A stretch of DNA of 64,000 nucleotides from contig DF237104.1 in assembly GCA_000708835.1 (NCBI GenBank), forward strand, positions 62,001 to 126,000, given 5' to 3'. The notes beneath the pieces are model-generated. The model did not search any database, was not told where the DNA came from, and worked only from the letters and a program-made list of their open reading frames with translations. Position numbers and translations under genes: made by a program. Position 1 is the first letter of the stretch; every line of letters starts with the position of its first letter. The stretch is from Klebsormidium nitens. Taxonomy: Eukaryota; Plantae; Klebsormidiophyceae. Shown here in pieces: positions 37,648 through 49,386 of this stretch.

Positions 37648-38909
37648 ATGGCGAGCATGGAACTGTACCGCAGGAGTACTCTGGGGACCTGCCTGGAGGC
37701 CACTCTCGATGAGCTCGTCAATCAAGCAGCCATGACGCCTCTCCTGGCCGTGAAAACCCTGATGCATTTTGACAAGGTGAGGGCACCGGTGGTTATCTGG
37801 AAATTGAGCATGCTGGGATGAAGTCGTTTTTCTTAATAGGTGCAGCCCATGATGATCTGCAAGGTTCATTATCCTTATCGAAAGGCCTGGCATGATATAT
37901 GGATGGTGAACCGCTTTCCTCCAACAGCTTCTTCACAATCCGGTCAAGAATTTGCACTTTGGGCAGAACCTGTATGTGTCGTGATTTCAATGGCAGGGCC
38001 CATTTGTTATCCAGCAACTGGCTCTGTTATTGTTGCGCGTCCTAGCATTAGACCCCACCGTGGCAACTTCTCTTATGCCCTCACTTTCTTATATTGGTCA
38101 AGGCTGCCAACGTTGATGAGCGAAGTTCTTGACATGTGCAAGGTCTTCAAGAGGCCCTAGCTCATGACGCATCAGCTGTCTGAAAGTATCGCCCAGATCT
38201 GTCCCATGTTTTCTTGTTCACTATCTTTGAAAAGATGAAAGCTGAGGCCTGGTCAAGTAGTGGAAAGGTAAGTAGCTGGAGGAAAGTAGGACTTTCCTAC
38301 GAAATTTGCAGACATGACCAGGTTCGTTTTTGTTTCAGGATTGTACTAGTAGCGTTTGAGTTCGAATTCTGAACAACTGTGAGTGTGCAGGCCTTTGAAG
38401 ATGCTTTGAGGGACAGGGTGACAACAAAAGCGACCATCAAGGTATGCCAACGGGGTATAATGTGAATCTTGCGCGACTGGCCTTAAAGTATGATGGAACT
38501 CAAATGTTCATGATTGTTTTCAGAAAAAGTTCCATTCTGGCATCTGATTTTGAGTATTGTGCTTCCGTGGTACTTTTCTGAAGGCATTTGACTTGCAGGA
38601 CTTATGACAACGCTACAAGATCAGATCTGTAAGAGGGCCTTGCATGTCTTAGGGCGTCATTCAAGTCTTCCTTCAGTCCTCCATCTTCGGCAAAAAGAAA
38701 ACACTGCCTTGGTTCTTTCTGGCACAACCTAACTGTGCCTCGTTTCCTCCGTCATTCAGGGGCATCTTCATACCTATCGATATTGTGACCAGGTATGGAC
38801 GTTTGTTGTAGAAAATGCAGTTGTGAAGACTGATAACCAGGAAGAGCATGTCGATAAGTTGAAAATCGTGGCCATAGATGCAAAATTTGGTCAGCTTGCT
38901 TCGCGGTAG
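37648..38909 (+). CDS. GTF2A2: Transcription factor IIA gamma (small) subunit, ~109 aa
   Basis: Exons 37648-37776, 38391-38441 and 38760-38909 give MASMELYRRSTLGTCLEATLDELVNQAAMTPLLAVKTLMHFDK|AFEDALRDRVTTKATIK|GHLHTYRYCDQVWTFVVENAVVKTDNQEEHVDKLKIVAIDAKFGQLASR*. The ELYRRST, FDK, GHLHTYR.CD.VWTF and KIVA.D motifs are present. Confidence 0.95.
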
Positions 38910-40269
38910 GTTATCTTGAGCTCTAAATACAAGCGGCAGAAAGGCAATATGATTTGCATAGAGTTTGTGAAAGGGCACCATCGGCACAACTCTTGGGCAG
39001 AACCTCTTCAGTGATTTCCTGGATTACTACGTTGGGGAGATATGGATCTGTAAGTAGACCTGTGAATGCCAATTCAGTTGGCCTTTCAGATCGTTCCCAG
39101 ATCTGGAATCTTAGAGGTTCAAGTTCTGGTGTACTTTAATTGGGTATTAGATGCAAGCTGTTTTCGTCCATGTTTTACTGGATAACTTTGTGATCATGGA
39201 AGGGAAATCAAGGATGTGGGTTCTCAAATATGAGCACTTTCAAGAGTTGGAGTGAGCAAGCGTGCTTACTCATCTCCCGAGTCATGGATGCAACTCTTGC
39301 TATTCACAACTGCCGACTCACCATTCAACCGGTCTTGTACATGGAAGCGACGGCATGCGTTCGCATTCGCAGTCCTCTGCTGCATGTTCATATATGTAAC
39401 TTTTGCTTTAGCGGGTCGCTGTCATGTAAGCCATTGCATGTAAACCATCATATTATACAGATTGTGATGAGATGTTTAATAGTAGTACTTTGGTAGGCTT
39501 GAGAAAAAACATTGATTAGAGCATGCGCTGGCATGATATGGATGAACGTTTATCATGGCTGAGCCGAGGTCCATAAATGCGAATGCAACCATTTAAAAAT
39601 GCATCAATCATATGGAGATCACACCCATGTCAGTATAAAGTCCATGGTGGGATCGAGAAGCGCATGCCGCATTTGAATAATGTGAAGATTGATCAATTTG
39701 TCTGACAGTGAGAGCTTTAAGAGACACCCACTACGGGGATGGATTCAAAAGCTTCCATCTCATGTTCTCCTACTCGAGTAGGACTCGAGTAGCTTACTTC
39801 CAGAAGAATCCTTTGAAGAATCCTTTCATTAAACCACAAGCTATGGTGCAAGGAGCAGTGCGTCGGCCAAGCCAACTCGTAGGCAATAAACGTGCCATGG
39901 CCCACAGAACCATGGACATTGAAGGCAACTTTTACTTCAATGAAGCTGGCTTGCAAGTCGCGGCACACCCGCGTGCGTTGGCGAACTTGGAACTTAGCTA
40001 CTGTAGGACGATTGCGCTAGATTTGCTTTTACACGCTCTACTCGTGGGAGCCCTTCGGCCCGGCCATCGGACGCCCAAGAAACTCTGTGGTCGGTACAGT
40101 ACGTCAGGCACTTCCAGGTGTCGTTGCCTCAATCAGCCACATGCCGGCTTTTCAAAATTTCTGAATCTGTAATCTCTCAAAAGTTACTGCGCATATGCCT
40201 AGATGTGTTTTGTGGAACGAAGTCTCGGGAGTGATGATGCTCAGGAGTCAGCTGGCTAGTGCAACATCG

Positions 40270-40620
40270 GGAGGTTGAGACTACGCCTTGAAGGCGACGT
40301 CGGCAGATTGAGCGACTTCTGACGAGTTTCCGGAATCCCGGGCAGCGCCGCCGGGGCGCCCCGGCGACGCCCGGCGATCGACGCGGCAATGTAAACGCTT
40401 CCGAAGCGACGTCGTGGCGTTGAACACTTGCCCCCGAAAATACCGCGCAACCAGTCGACGCGAAATACCGTGCGAACAGTTTTTGCAAAATAACCGTCGA
40501 TGAAATTTAGAATCGCAAATTGCCGTCGATTTTCAGCCCCGCCAAGTTCGGGAGACGCCGTGGCGGCGCTGAACACTTGAATTGCGGCAGCGCCGTGACG
40601 GCGCCGCGGTAGCCGGGGCT
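40270..40620. repeat. CpG/GC-rich intergenic island with internal direct repeat and terminal hairpin; possible TE remnant
   Basis: gtggcg(n1-3)tgaacacttg at ~40415 and ~40560; aaataccg repeated; gcgccgt-g-acggcgc palindrome near 40588-40602. Confidence 0.4.
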
Positions 40621-41681
40621 TACCCTTCCGATGAAGGAGCTTCGATCTGATCGAGTCGTAGCCTGTTGATCATCTGCTCAAGGGGGGATTTCCCATCACC
40701 TGGTGACATTTGGGAGGGGCGACAAGTCTTTGAGGGGTGATCAAGGTGTGGCCAGGGAGCCCCCAAGGAGCCACCAAAGAAAGGTAGGAGCTGTGTTCTC
40801 GAACCTGCAGAAGTCTTGGCAAGAGGCGCCTGCTACTAAAGCGGGTGCTCTCTTCATCTATTTCGCCGCCGCTTCATGTCTACCCGCAGCATTGCAAGTT
40901 TCTGGCTTGATTGTCAATGAAGTCCATGAAAAGCTGGTGATTAGTCAACCATGTTACCACCACATAGGTGTCATTAATGGTCTGCCATGCGCTTTTATCT
41001 TACGATCTGCGGCTCAGAAATCTCAAAGTGAGCTGAAAGAAGATTTCTTAGGGTGGAAGAAGTTTCTGGTTGTCAGGTGTTGCCATCCAGATCTCCGCTT
41101 TGAGGGCCTGTGCTTTCAAGAAAAAGGCTCTATGCTGGTGGCCGTTGGTCAACTGCAAGCGTTAGGATCATCCTGAATGCGCCACACAGATTTCCCTGCG
41201 TCTGTCTCCATATCTTCATATGTCAAGTTACCTCTTTGATCGTGGTGGTGGTAAGTTCGTTGGCCCACTTCTTAGTGAGCGGTCCCATGACGCCACTCCC
41301 TTCTTTTCTACATTACTTTCTTGCAATTCATCTATGATGACACCGACAGTTTCGTCGTTTTCCTTCTCGCCGATCGCGCCCCCACTCACCCCCAGAGCTC
41401 AGTCACATGAGAAAGGTCACGCTTTCAGCAAGCATCGTGCACAGGCATCAACTCCAGGTGTCAAAACCTTGCCTTTTCCTCCTGCATGTGCAGCGCTTCT
41501 TTCCGAGCTTCGCCAATCGCCGCGCCATCTCGGGGGAGTTCCTGACCCTTTGCACCACTGTTCAAGGGATCCGCATCCAAGCCAGCTTCAGCTTTGCCAA
41601 CCTCCTCCCTTTCAGGGCAGTCCCCAAGCATAATTTGCACTCGCCCCAACGGATTCGCATCCAAGCCAGCTCCTTTTAATC

Positions 41682-44600
41682 ATGGCTTGCACAAGAAAGG
41701 CCGCCGTCGGGCTTCTCACTTTCCTTGTAGCATCGGCCGTCTTGATATTCTTTCTGACCACTCAATCAGATGTCCAAATGCCACCCGTCGTCGTCCAAAA
41801 GCCCTTAGATGGCGCCCCGAGAGACCAAACCCAGCCGCAAACCAGCTGGTCAGGCCTGCTAACCCACCGGGATGCGGAGTACCTGCCTGAGAAGGGGGGG
41901 GAGTCCCCTTACTTCAAGCGGCATATGTCGGGCGCGCTCCAGGGTCAGCGAGTGTATTGGGAGAAACTTGTGCGGCAGGCATTGGGGGGAAACAAAAGGC
42001 GGTCGCTTCTGGCGGTTCAGAATCTGCCAATCAACGGGACCTTAGAGACTGGGTAAGAATCTGCTTCTTCACTTTCGCCAGTCAGTGTTCCTCTTGCGGC
42101 AGCCCAGGCAATAGGGAGGAGCCAAACAGGGTGCGTGCAAGAAAGAGACGAGTTCTGTTGGTCTTGGCTTTTCATTTCGTGCTGGAGGGTGAAAGGCCTC
42201 ACATGCTCTGTTGTGCACACTGAGGCGTTCGATTTTTTGTATTTAAAAGTTTCCAGCTTTGATTGTACATTGGTACACTGCACCTGAGCGCTCATCCCCA
42301 CAATTGGAAACAAATCATACGCTCTGCTGACACAGTCGTGCCCTCTCTTTCTTGTGGAAGCTTGATGTGACAGCTGCGCTTCAGCACTCCCCCTTCCTAA
42401 AAGCTTACCTCAGCACTTTACACATACTCCAGACAGTCATCATGTATGTGAGCAGCTTTCCACGAAAAATCGAAAAATCGAAAAATCGAACATGAGCCTG
42501 ACATCTTTTTTCCACCATGAAACTCTACAGGAACTACTTTGTGACTATGCAGCTGGGCACTCCCCCTCAGAACGTGACGCTGCTCCTCGACACTGGCAGC
42601 TCTCTCTTCTGGGTCGAATGCAACACCTGCGCCGATTGCACCGGGCTGACCGAAGTGAGTAACTCCTGTGCACTGCTTTCCAAAGTTTGAGGTGAAAATA
42701 CCGAGGAATGTGATCGAGGATTCTGAGCATCAGACACAGCTTCTGTTTTTCTTCAGGCACCAAGACAGTCTTTCGAGCCAAGCCTCTTTTCGATCCCTAT
42801 CTCAGAATAAGTGGGCAGTGCCTGTATTGCCGTTGTTCATTTGTGAGCTTCAATGAGAACCGGCCTCCGATTCAATTGCTAAGTCGAGTCTCCCGTGTCA
42901 AGCTCCTGTGTACACAGCCCCTCTCCGACACTTACTGCTTGCTCTTAACTGCTTTTGTCAGACCTCCTAGCTTCAGGATATAGGGTCCCAGCCTTTGCTG
43001 TCCTTAGCAGTGAGCAATCAGTCCGATTCGGAGTCCCCCCTTCTCACCAAAAGACTCCTCAACAACTTTTTCAATACCACTCACCTCTTGAATAAGGGAA
43101 CAGCCTTCCAGCGCCAATCGTCTTTATGCGCCTTCACTTGGTAGACGTGGTAATCAAGCAATACACTTACCTCTTACCACAGAGAACAGCCTTCCAGCCC
43201 CAGCTGTCGTCATCCATCATCACGGCTGGCTGCGTCAATCTCTCCAACTGCGAGTAGGGTTCTTCGGCAGTTCCACTCATGGTGGTAGCTCCCCAAACCC
43301 ATCCTTAACCTGAGGCTCTAACCACCCCTTATCGCTTACTACAGAGGACAGCCTTCCAGCCCCAGCTGTCGTCATCCATCGTCACGCCCGGCTGCTCAAT
43401 ACCCCCAAACTACGAGTACGGTTTCTACCGCAGTCTTCTTCATGGTGGTAGCTCCCCTAACCCGTCCCTAACCTGAGTTCCTAACCATCACTTACATCTT
43501 CTCACAGAGAACAGCCTTCCAGCCCCAGCTGTCGTTATCCATTGTCACGCCCGGCTGCGGCAACTGCCCCGACTACGAGTACGGCCTTTGCGCCAGCTCA
43601 CCCAACGTGGCAGACCCGTCGGAGCTCGACGCGTGCTTCAGCCTGTGCGCCGCGAACCAGAAGCAGTGCTACTACGGGTACTCGTACGGCGACGGCAGCC
43701 AGACGGGGGGGTATATCCAGAAGGACATCCTGACGGTGCCCAGCTCGAACTCGTCCGCGGTCTTCTCGAACATCACCTTCGGGTAAGGAGCTTGACTGAT
43801 GATGTCACCTTCGGGTAATCGCGTACTGCCAACGCTGTGCGTGTAGCCTCGTGGTTGATAAAGAGATTATGGTCATCGGGTAGTGTGGCTTTCAGTATTT
43901 CGTGGTTTTGCGTAGCTTTCTCTCCTATCTCTTTGTTTCCTCCCTCCTCTCCTCTGTTGGGACCCGGGCAGGTCACGAAGACATAGCTCTTGGGGTCGGA
44001 AAGTCGAAACGTGACCTTATGATTGCTGTCAGCAAGCTGTAGCGAAAGATAAACCGCCCTCTCCCATCTGATAACCGTCAATGAGCAGGTGTTTTCAACA
44101 TCACTTCATTATGCATTTTCGCGAAGCTATTATCCTAATCCCTAGTGCGATTATCTGGCGGCGATTTTAACGATCCGGACACAACCCAACTGATCGTGGG
44201 GCCCTCCATTTCGTCCCTGGATTCTAGGTTTAAGCAACTGTGTCGTGCAACGGCACTTCATTTCAGCATTTCCAGCTAACCAGATTTCTTCCAACCCCAG
44301 GTGCAATTATCTGGCGGCCGATCCCAACAACCCGGACACGACCCAACTGATTGTGGGGCCCCAAATTTCGGGCCTGGTCGGGCTGGGCAAGAGCAACTAC
44401 TCGGTGCAAAACCAGCTGGCGTCAGCGGGCGTCATCTCGTCCACGTTCTCGGTGTGCATGGCTGGCGTGGAGGGCGGGGGCGTGTTCACACTGGGCAACT
44501 CGTCGCGGGTCGTCCCCGGGATGCAGTACATCCCCATGGGCACCCACCCAGAGTGAGACGCACATGCCTCGGTGTGAATGCTCTCTTACGAATTGGCCAT

Positions 44601-47600
44601 GGTCCTTCAGAGCGGGTTTGCGCTCTCTTCTATTGTTTTGAAAGAGGGAGGAAAATGTAGCAAAGAGGGACGGGGTTGGAAATGAAATCCTGGCCAGTTG
44701 AGTTGCCTACATCGCCCGCCTTCTGTTGTGTCGCCTCGTCTTAGGTTCCCATGAGCTGCCCCTCCGACTATGCGCTTGTGGTATATCTTCTGTGAGCACC
44801 TCTGTTGAAGTTCGCTTTACCCTCTCCTTCCCCCAGAAACCACAACGTCACGCTTCCGACTATGTTTTGGCGTGATGTCTCTTGTTAACTATCCCTAGTA
44901 GTCCTCGAGCACCAACAGCTCATTGCTTGCGGGCTTTCTGGGTGCAATTTGTTGATCCTAGAGTGTCCCTCTCCTTTTCACTCCTCGTCACTCTCGCGGG
45001 CATCTTCGTGAGCGAAGCTATCCGTAAAAACCCTCTTGTTTGCTCTTGGGGGCGTCTTCTGTTACAAAGATTTGCGGTTTCTCCTCGTCTTCTTTTCAGG
45101 TAGTATAAGGTCACGCTCGCGGATATCTTCGTGAGCCCCATCAGCATAAACCAGCGTGCATCCTGAAGGCACCTCTACCGATTCTCAAACGAGTTCATGT
45201 CGGATCTCTTTATCCATTCTTAAGTGCTTCCCTCGTTTTCCTCCCAGATTATACAACGTCACGGTCGCGGGCATCGTTGTGGGCGCTCCCAGCTTATACT
45301 TAGCACTCCCAACTTATACTCGCGTGCGTTTAAAGGACCAAGTCTCCAATGAGAACTCAGCGAACCTCTTTACCGATTCCGAAGTTCTCTCCATTACCCC
45401 CAGGTTTTACAACGTCACGCTCGCGGCCATTTCTGTGGGCACCACGCCGCTGCCCATCGCGCCGTCCGTCTTCTTCCTGCAGCCGCCCATCAGCCGGTTC
45501 CGCCGCGCGAATCCGTTCTTCCTGCCGGACGCCATCTTCGACACCGGAACGTCCTTCACCATCCTGGCCGACGCGGCGTATCAGGCGCTCGTACAAGGGG
45601 TAAGTTTGCCTCAAGGTTACAGGGTTTCCAACTTTCAAGTCTTAGGGATGAAGGGGGCTTTTGCTTGTCGCAGTCTGCGTCATACAGTATCGCATATCGC
45701 CTTGAAACGGGATATTGATTGGAGTATCTGCTTCATGATGGAATGAAAGCGTGAGTTATTGGGATGTACATTTGGTTCGATCGTACTTCTGGTAGGTAGG
45801 TCATCCGTTCGTTATATTTGACCTACTTCCGATACCTGACCGTCGATCCCTGAGAGTGAGCTTGAGCCGTGCGATCGTGTGGTTCGAGGCCTTCGGCGTG
45901 CGGTCGGTGATATAATCGGGCTTGAGATGGTTTTCTCTCGTCTTAGGTTTACCGCCTTTCTTCCTCCTCTTCTTCTTTTGTGCCTCTTTCAAATTGCAAG
46001 GGTTCGTTTTCCTTTGCCAGTGGTTAAGCCCAACCCAGGCGTTGAGGGCACGTAAGGGTTAGCATTGGGGTTGGGAATATGGTTAGGGTTAGTTTAGGGT
46101 GAAGTTTAGGTAAGGATTAGGGTTTCACATTTTCAGAATCTGACTGCAGGATGTGTCTCGGGGCTAGGAGTCTTCGGTTGAAAGTCTGTCTTACTTGGCC
46201 TTGCTTCCTCTGCTCATATTGCGCCACGTGTCCCCGCCTGGTAGCGCGCCCCTCGTTGGGTCCCTCGCTCCCCGTTACCCAAGCATGCCCATCCATCTTT
46301 TGCAGTTTTTGAGGAGCGCTCCTGTGGGGAATGCTCCGGTCTACATCGACCAATACGGGTGCATTGGGTCCACTCCGGCTCAATTTGCGCCACGTGTCTC
46401 CACTTAGTAGCGCGCCCCTCGTCTTGTCCCTTGCTCCCCGTTACCCAAGCATGCCCACCATGTTTTGCAGTTTTTGAGGAGCGCTCCTGTGGGGTATGCT
46501 CCGGTCTACATCGACCAGTACGGGTACATTGTGTCTATCTCCGGGGGCCCGACGGGTAACGCGGCGCCCGCCCCGACCGCCGTCATCTCCGAGCCGGGCG
46601 TCCCGCGCACCAACAGCACCTCTGCGCCGAATCAGCTGTGCTTCAACATCCCCGTGAGAGAGTGAGTCGTCGCGATGTGATTCATTTCCTCATTTCATGT
46701 TGATTTAGGCGCAGGTTGAGATTGACCAACCCTTTGGGCTCAAGTGAAGAAAAACTCTATTTCCAAAGTTGATATGCTCCGCACCCGTACTCACCCTACC
46801 CAACCTCAACCCGTTTCCGGGCATGACCCAACTCAACGTAGCCGTAACTCAACATAGAATTGACTACTTCTCTGCAGGGACACTCGCATTGCAGATGTCA
46901 AGACTGCCTACAACTTGTGTTTGTTTTCGACGAATGGTCACACCGGTAGTGATTGCGTCTTTGTGCCTGACCTGTAGCTGTCAAGCGGTCTGCAGTTGGA
47001 TCTCGTTGTGTCACCATGTTTTTGTCTGGCGTCTGTGTGTCTGTGTCCTTCTATCCTTGTTGTATCCTTGTTGTCCCGTTAGATAGCCAACAACACTTCG
47101 TCGCTCCGCTAGCTGTGCTTCAATATTCCCGCCGGGCAGTTCCTCCTTTAGGAATCAAATGTGGTTGCTCGATTGGATTCCCAGTCATTAAAAGGATGAA
47201 GGACATTGAGCGGCCGTCTGCTGCATCCCGTGATTTCTTCATCTGTTACATGTTCTTCTCGGGCGTTTTTGGAATCTGCTTGAATCTCATTTGTCATGAA
47301 TCGGCATCAGAGAAGTGGGCCTTCACCGCTCTGCGCACGTTCCCATCCATTCTCCAATTTCTTGTTGATTGACCGAACGTGTCCCCATGCTGATTCACGA
47401 CTTCAGGGAGCACGGGAGGGCTGCATCCGGCACACTAGCGCTCGTCTCCTTTTCGCATCTGCCGCTTATCTATCCTCGATCTCCTTGCTGTTTCGTCATT
47501 CGTGAGGGGTTGTTTGCTCATCTCCGCAATGGACCAGGATTCTTCTTGTTTGCATTGCCCTCTTTCCATTTTCGAGCGGCGTTTCTTGGGGTGATAGGAA

Positions 47601-49386
47601 GCGGCTCCGACGTGCTGGGGCAAAAGCGACCGTCCAATGTCAAACTTGTAAGATTACTCTCATCCTCCTCCTCCTCGTCCCTTTATATTTTCTCTTCTCG
47701 TACTCTTTATCTTGTCTTGTAGACCCCGCTAAAGCCTCTGCAAACCAACGTGCAGGATCGGGCCACTTGGCCAGATTGACGTCAGCGGCTTCCCCAACGT
47801 GACGTTCAGCTTCGTCAACTCGGAGGCGCTGCTGACGGTCGACCCGAACGACTACATGTACATTTTCCAGTCGTCCGATCTCACCGGCTTGAACCAGGCG
47901 ATCCTAGCGTGCCCCACATTCATATCGGACGGCGGAGGAGGGACTACCATCCTCGGAGGTATGCTCAATAAAACTCAGGAAAGATAATAGTAAGCTCCGA
48001 TTAACACTAAAAACCCTAACCCAAAAAGACACCCGCTCCGCACCCGTACCCACCCTAACCACCAAACTAACCCTACCTGTCCCAGTTGGTTACCTTACTA
48101 TTATCGTGGCTTACTAATATCTTTCTTGAGTTTGATGTATGCTCACGCTTCCTTCCTCGTTGCCTCCATTACGGAGGTTACGACTCTCAAAAGACGCTAA
48201 GGAACAAATACGGGGTATGCTCAGGCTTCCTTCCTTGTTGCCTCCATTACTGAGGTTACATTTCTCTGAACTGCTAAGGCACAAGAGATGGAATGCTCGG
48301 GTTTTCTTTCTCATTGCCACCTTTTTCGATGTCACACCTCTACCCTACTCTTTGGCGCCCAGCTCGACTCAGCTCTGTCTTTACGCTCCTCCCGCTTGTC
48401 ATAAAATACAGCAACTTCATCGCTTTTTCTGAAATTGCCAAAAACGTCTCAAAAACGCTAAAGCACAAGACTGGTAACCTCAGGCTTCCTTCCTCGTTGC
48501 CTCCACTATCGACGTTACATATGTCAAAGGCGCGAAGGCATCCTTGTCAATGAAGTCTCATACCGACCCCATACCCACCCGTTATGAAATGGTTATGAAA
48601 TGAAGAGAGGGGGACTACTCTATCGCTAACCCTAGTCAATGTTTGCGGGATCCTTGAAGACGCGAACCTGGAGTGCATTTTGTTCCTCTTCATTCGGGAA
48701 GTCAGTCTTTTCCGCAACCCGTCCCTGCCGCTTGGGAGATTCCACAGCAACTATTCGTGTATCACAGTCGAGGACGTTGCGCTTACAAATTCGGTCGGTA
48801 TTTTTTCGTGTCGAAAGTAAGTGTTGTCACTCGTTGCGCAGAGTACACGATGCGGAATCACTTCTTCGTCTTCGATACGGCGGCCCGCCGCATCGGCGTC
48901 GCCCCCGTTACATGTGAGTCACCCAACTTTGCAACAGCACTTCTAAGAAGTGTTTGCTTCTCTGCTGGCAAAGCGAAGTAGCATGGCTTCGCTGTTTGTT
49001 GCGCCAGCGGTTTTCAGTACGTGCATTGTGCTGCACGAAGGACAGTACGGCTCGACGCGTCGAAAGATGATACGGTCCGTTAACGGTGACTGAGGGAGGT
49101 CGGTGTTGGGCGTTGATGCCTGAGGATTATTTCCCGGGAGCAGAAACAGGTTCCTTGGCAGTTGAAAGGAGAAGTGGAATCCGTTGTGGGTAACGGAGAC
49201 AGGGGCCGTTCTCGATGCTGTCAAGAAAAGGGCAAGTGCTCGCTCCGTCGTTGGAGAGATCTCCTCTTTCTTTGCGGAACGCTCTGCCGCTTTGATGTAG
49301 AGAATCCGCCCGTGCAACCTCCGATTTTAGGATGGTTATTGAACCGAGTTGCTTGCTCATCTGCTGCAGGCTCAAATTACACATAA
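41682..49386 (+). CDS. Pepsin-like aspartic protease, family A1 (nepenthesin/TAXi-type), with N-terminal signal/anchor
   Basis: Approximate exons: 41682-42052, 42531-42655, 43508-43782, 44301-44552, 45404-45599, 46471-46661, 47776-47958, 48842-48913, 49370-49386. Motifs: NYFVTMQLGTPPQ...LLLDTGSSLFWVEC (Asp1), YGYSYGDGSQTGG, GLVGLG, FSVCM, AIFDTGTSFT (Asp2), FPNVTFSF, TILG..TMRNHFFVFDTAARRIGVAPVTC. Confidence 0.93.
43085..43507 (+). repeat. Ladder of acceptor-junction copies before protease exon 3
   Basis: ag|AG(A/G)ACAGCCTTCCAGCCCCAGCTGTCG at 43183 and 43345, with a remnant at ~43095; the real exon starts at 43508. Periods are 162-163 bp. Confidence 0.9.
46030..46125 (+). repeat. Degenerate interstitial telomere-like tract (TTAGGG/TTTAGGG variants)
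   Basis: gggttag...ggttagggttagtttagggtgaagtttaggtaaggattagggtttc in protease intron 5. Confidence 0.55.
46200..46535 (+). repeat. Near-identical 165-bp tandem duplication of the protease exon-6 acceptor
   Basis: ttttgcag|TTTTTGAGGAGCGCTCCTGTGGGG at 46306 and 46471. The upstream intronic sequence (gtagcgcgcccctcgt...gctccccgttacccaagcatgccca) is also duplicated. Confidence 0.92.
47971..48133. mobile_element. ~160-bp MITE-like element with 25-bp TIRs and internal CCCTAA motifs (copy 1, protease intron 7)
   Basis: TIR aaactcaggaaagataatagtaagc / gcttactaatatctttcttgagttt (23/25 match). The interior is homologous to 54845-55020. Confidence 0.8.

Noticed and set aside
39708-40172. 154-aa ORF downstream of TFIIA-gamma
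   Set aside because: Non-ATG start, no homology recognised, likely 3'UTR or intergenic.
42465-42490. Short tandem repeats (aaaaatcg x3; also gtagtat x3 at ~10400, ccgat x4 at ~62530, gcatgt runs at ~50610, AT-rich tract at 58810-58860)
   Set aside because: Ordinary microsatellite or low-complexity sequence.
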